DNA from: Macrostomum lignano
Taxonomy: Eukaryota
Length of the DNA stretch: 21,120 bases
Assembly: GCA_002269645.1 (NCBI GenBank)
Contig: NIVC01005210.1
Coordinates: 1 to 21,120, forward strand
Reading direction: 5' to 3'
Position 1 is the first letter of the stretch. Every line of letters begins with the position of its first letter. Position numbers and translations under genes: made by a program. Below the pieces are notes generated by a model. That model saw nothing but the letters and a program-made list of their open reading frames with translations. It was not told where the DNA came from and searched no databases. Positions 19,742-21,120 of the stretch are shown here, in pieces.

Positions 19742-21120
19742 CGTGTTTCGTTCAGTTTCAATTTTCTTATTTCTATGTTGCGAAATTGTCAATAAACAAG
19801 ACGAGAAACGCGTCGCTCTCTTTAAGTTGATTCTGGCTGGCAAAGACGGGGACAGGTCACAGTTGGTTTTGTAACCCTAAGCCTGCCTATTCGAGGTCTT
19901 ATCTATGCGAGGGGGTGGTGGGCGCGCGCGAAGGGATAGAGGGGTAAAAGTTAGTACGCTAATTATACTGCAGCGATAAGGCTAATGTACATTGCAGCGC
20001 TAGATTGGATGAACACACTTGGATTGGCGGCGGGGAGGGGGTTAAGAGAATGAAGTTGACTTGGCCGTTGAAATGGAGACGTTTAAGCTGTAAAGCCCTG
20101 TTCTGTCTGCCGTTTTTGTCGCACTTTAATAAACTAAACCAGTCTTTTTTATGCTTTGCTTATTTTGCGTATTGCGTGTTTACATTGCATTTTTCGTTCT
20201 CTGGATTGCACGAACCTCGGTCGGAACGGTGTGTTTCTTGTGACATTTTCGTTTGCCTGCAGACAGACAGCTGCAGCAGTGTAAAAGCAAAGGCTATATA
20301 AAAAATGCAGCAATGAAGATGCGAATAAATGCGTTCGTTATTTCTTATTTGTTTAGCTCTTGCGGATTAACTTGTTCAAATATAGCAGCATTTTTCACTT
20401 GGTCAGATGAAATGGGTAATTTGTTTTAAATACAATAAAACTGCGATAATTGATAAGTAAGACGCCCACGGCCAGAAAAGTCCCGCTAAAAAACCAGTTC
20501 AAACTAGTTTCAAACCAGATTCGCAATCTTTTTCTTTGCAAACAAACATGTTTTACTTTTTTTATTAGCCCTGACACAAGTCAGAGCAGCAACCATATAA
20601 CCAGTGACTTCAGATAAGGCTAGAGGCAAAAAATGGATTAGCTAATCCGTTATATAGCGTACGTAAGGCAGTAAATATGACTATCTTATGTAGCATGCCC
20701 TTACAAAAGGGTTTTCGAATTTAAATAAGAAATAGATCGCTCTTAAAGCGTATTTTCATATCAGCCAGTGTTGATTAATCGCAGTCCATTTCATTTCAAT
20801 CTTACGTGTTTGTGAAGTATCCAGAAATGTTGGGCTAGTTTTAAGAATTCCGTAAATAAAGCCGAATTTTTCTACTGGCAGTAGTCTCATTTAAACAGTT
20901 CGAGAAATATGTAGAAATGCACGCAAATTAGCAGGTACTTTTTTACAATTTGCGTTTAATTAAACCTTCGTTTTTTAAACGCAATATTCTGTTGACAGAT
21001 AAGTGTACAGATAAGCATTCGGTGTTTGTACACTGCTGTAAATGCAATTTTCCGTATTACGTACGCTACGGGCAGTTAGGAGTACCTCTTAATAAGAAAA
21101 TGCAAAAAGAAGTTCAAATG

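Overview
Eukaryotic (animal) genomic DNA, not prokaryotic: GT-AG introns, AATAAA signals, tRNA-derived SINEs and mini/microsatellites. The gene content and style suggest an invertebrate, possibly a free-living flatworm such as Macrostomum (inference only). The ORF track uses bacterial start codons and many of its ORFs are artefacts. Genes supported: an MGAT1/GnT-I (GT13) glycosyltransferase (+); a tandem pair of secreted C-type lectin + PAN/apple proteins (+), the second broken by a 14-nt deletion; a RASL10-type small GTPase (-); a large signal peptide/Ig/Thr-rich stalk/GPI-signal surface protein (+) with an in-frame TGA; and an unidentified two-exon gene (-) whose intron holds a hierarchical satellite. 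Repeats: three copies of a tRNA-head SINE with a Meta-like central domain, 28-bp and 19-bp minisatellites, a 1.3-kb polypurine (GA)n tract and a 40-bp/21-bp compound satellite. Four of the six genes have broken frames, mostly single-base indels at homopolymer or dinucleotide runs, which points to long-read consensus errors rather than true pseudogenes. I found no CRISPR array and no new multi-gene system. The best leads are the SINE family, the lectin pair (microhomology deletion and gene-conversion tract), the possible secreted/GPI-anchored switch at the Ig gene TGA, and the intronic satellite.
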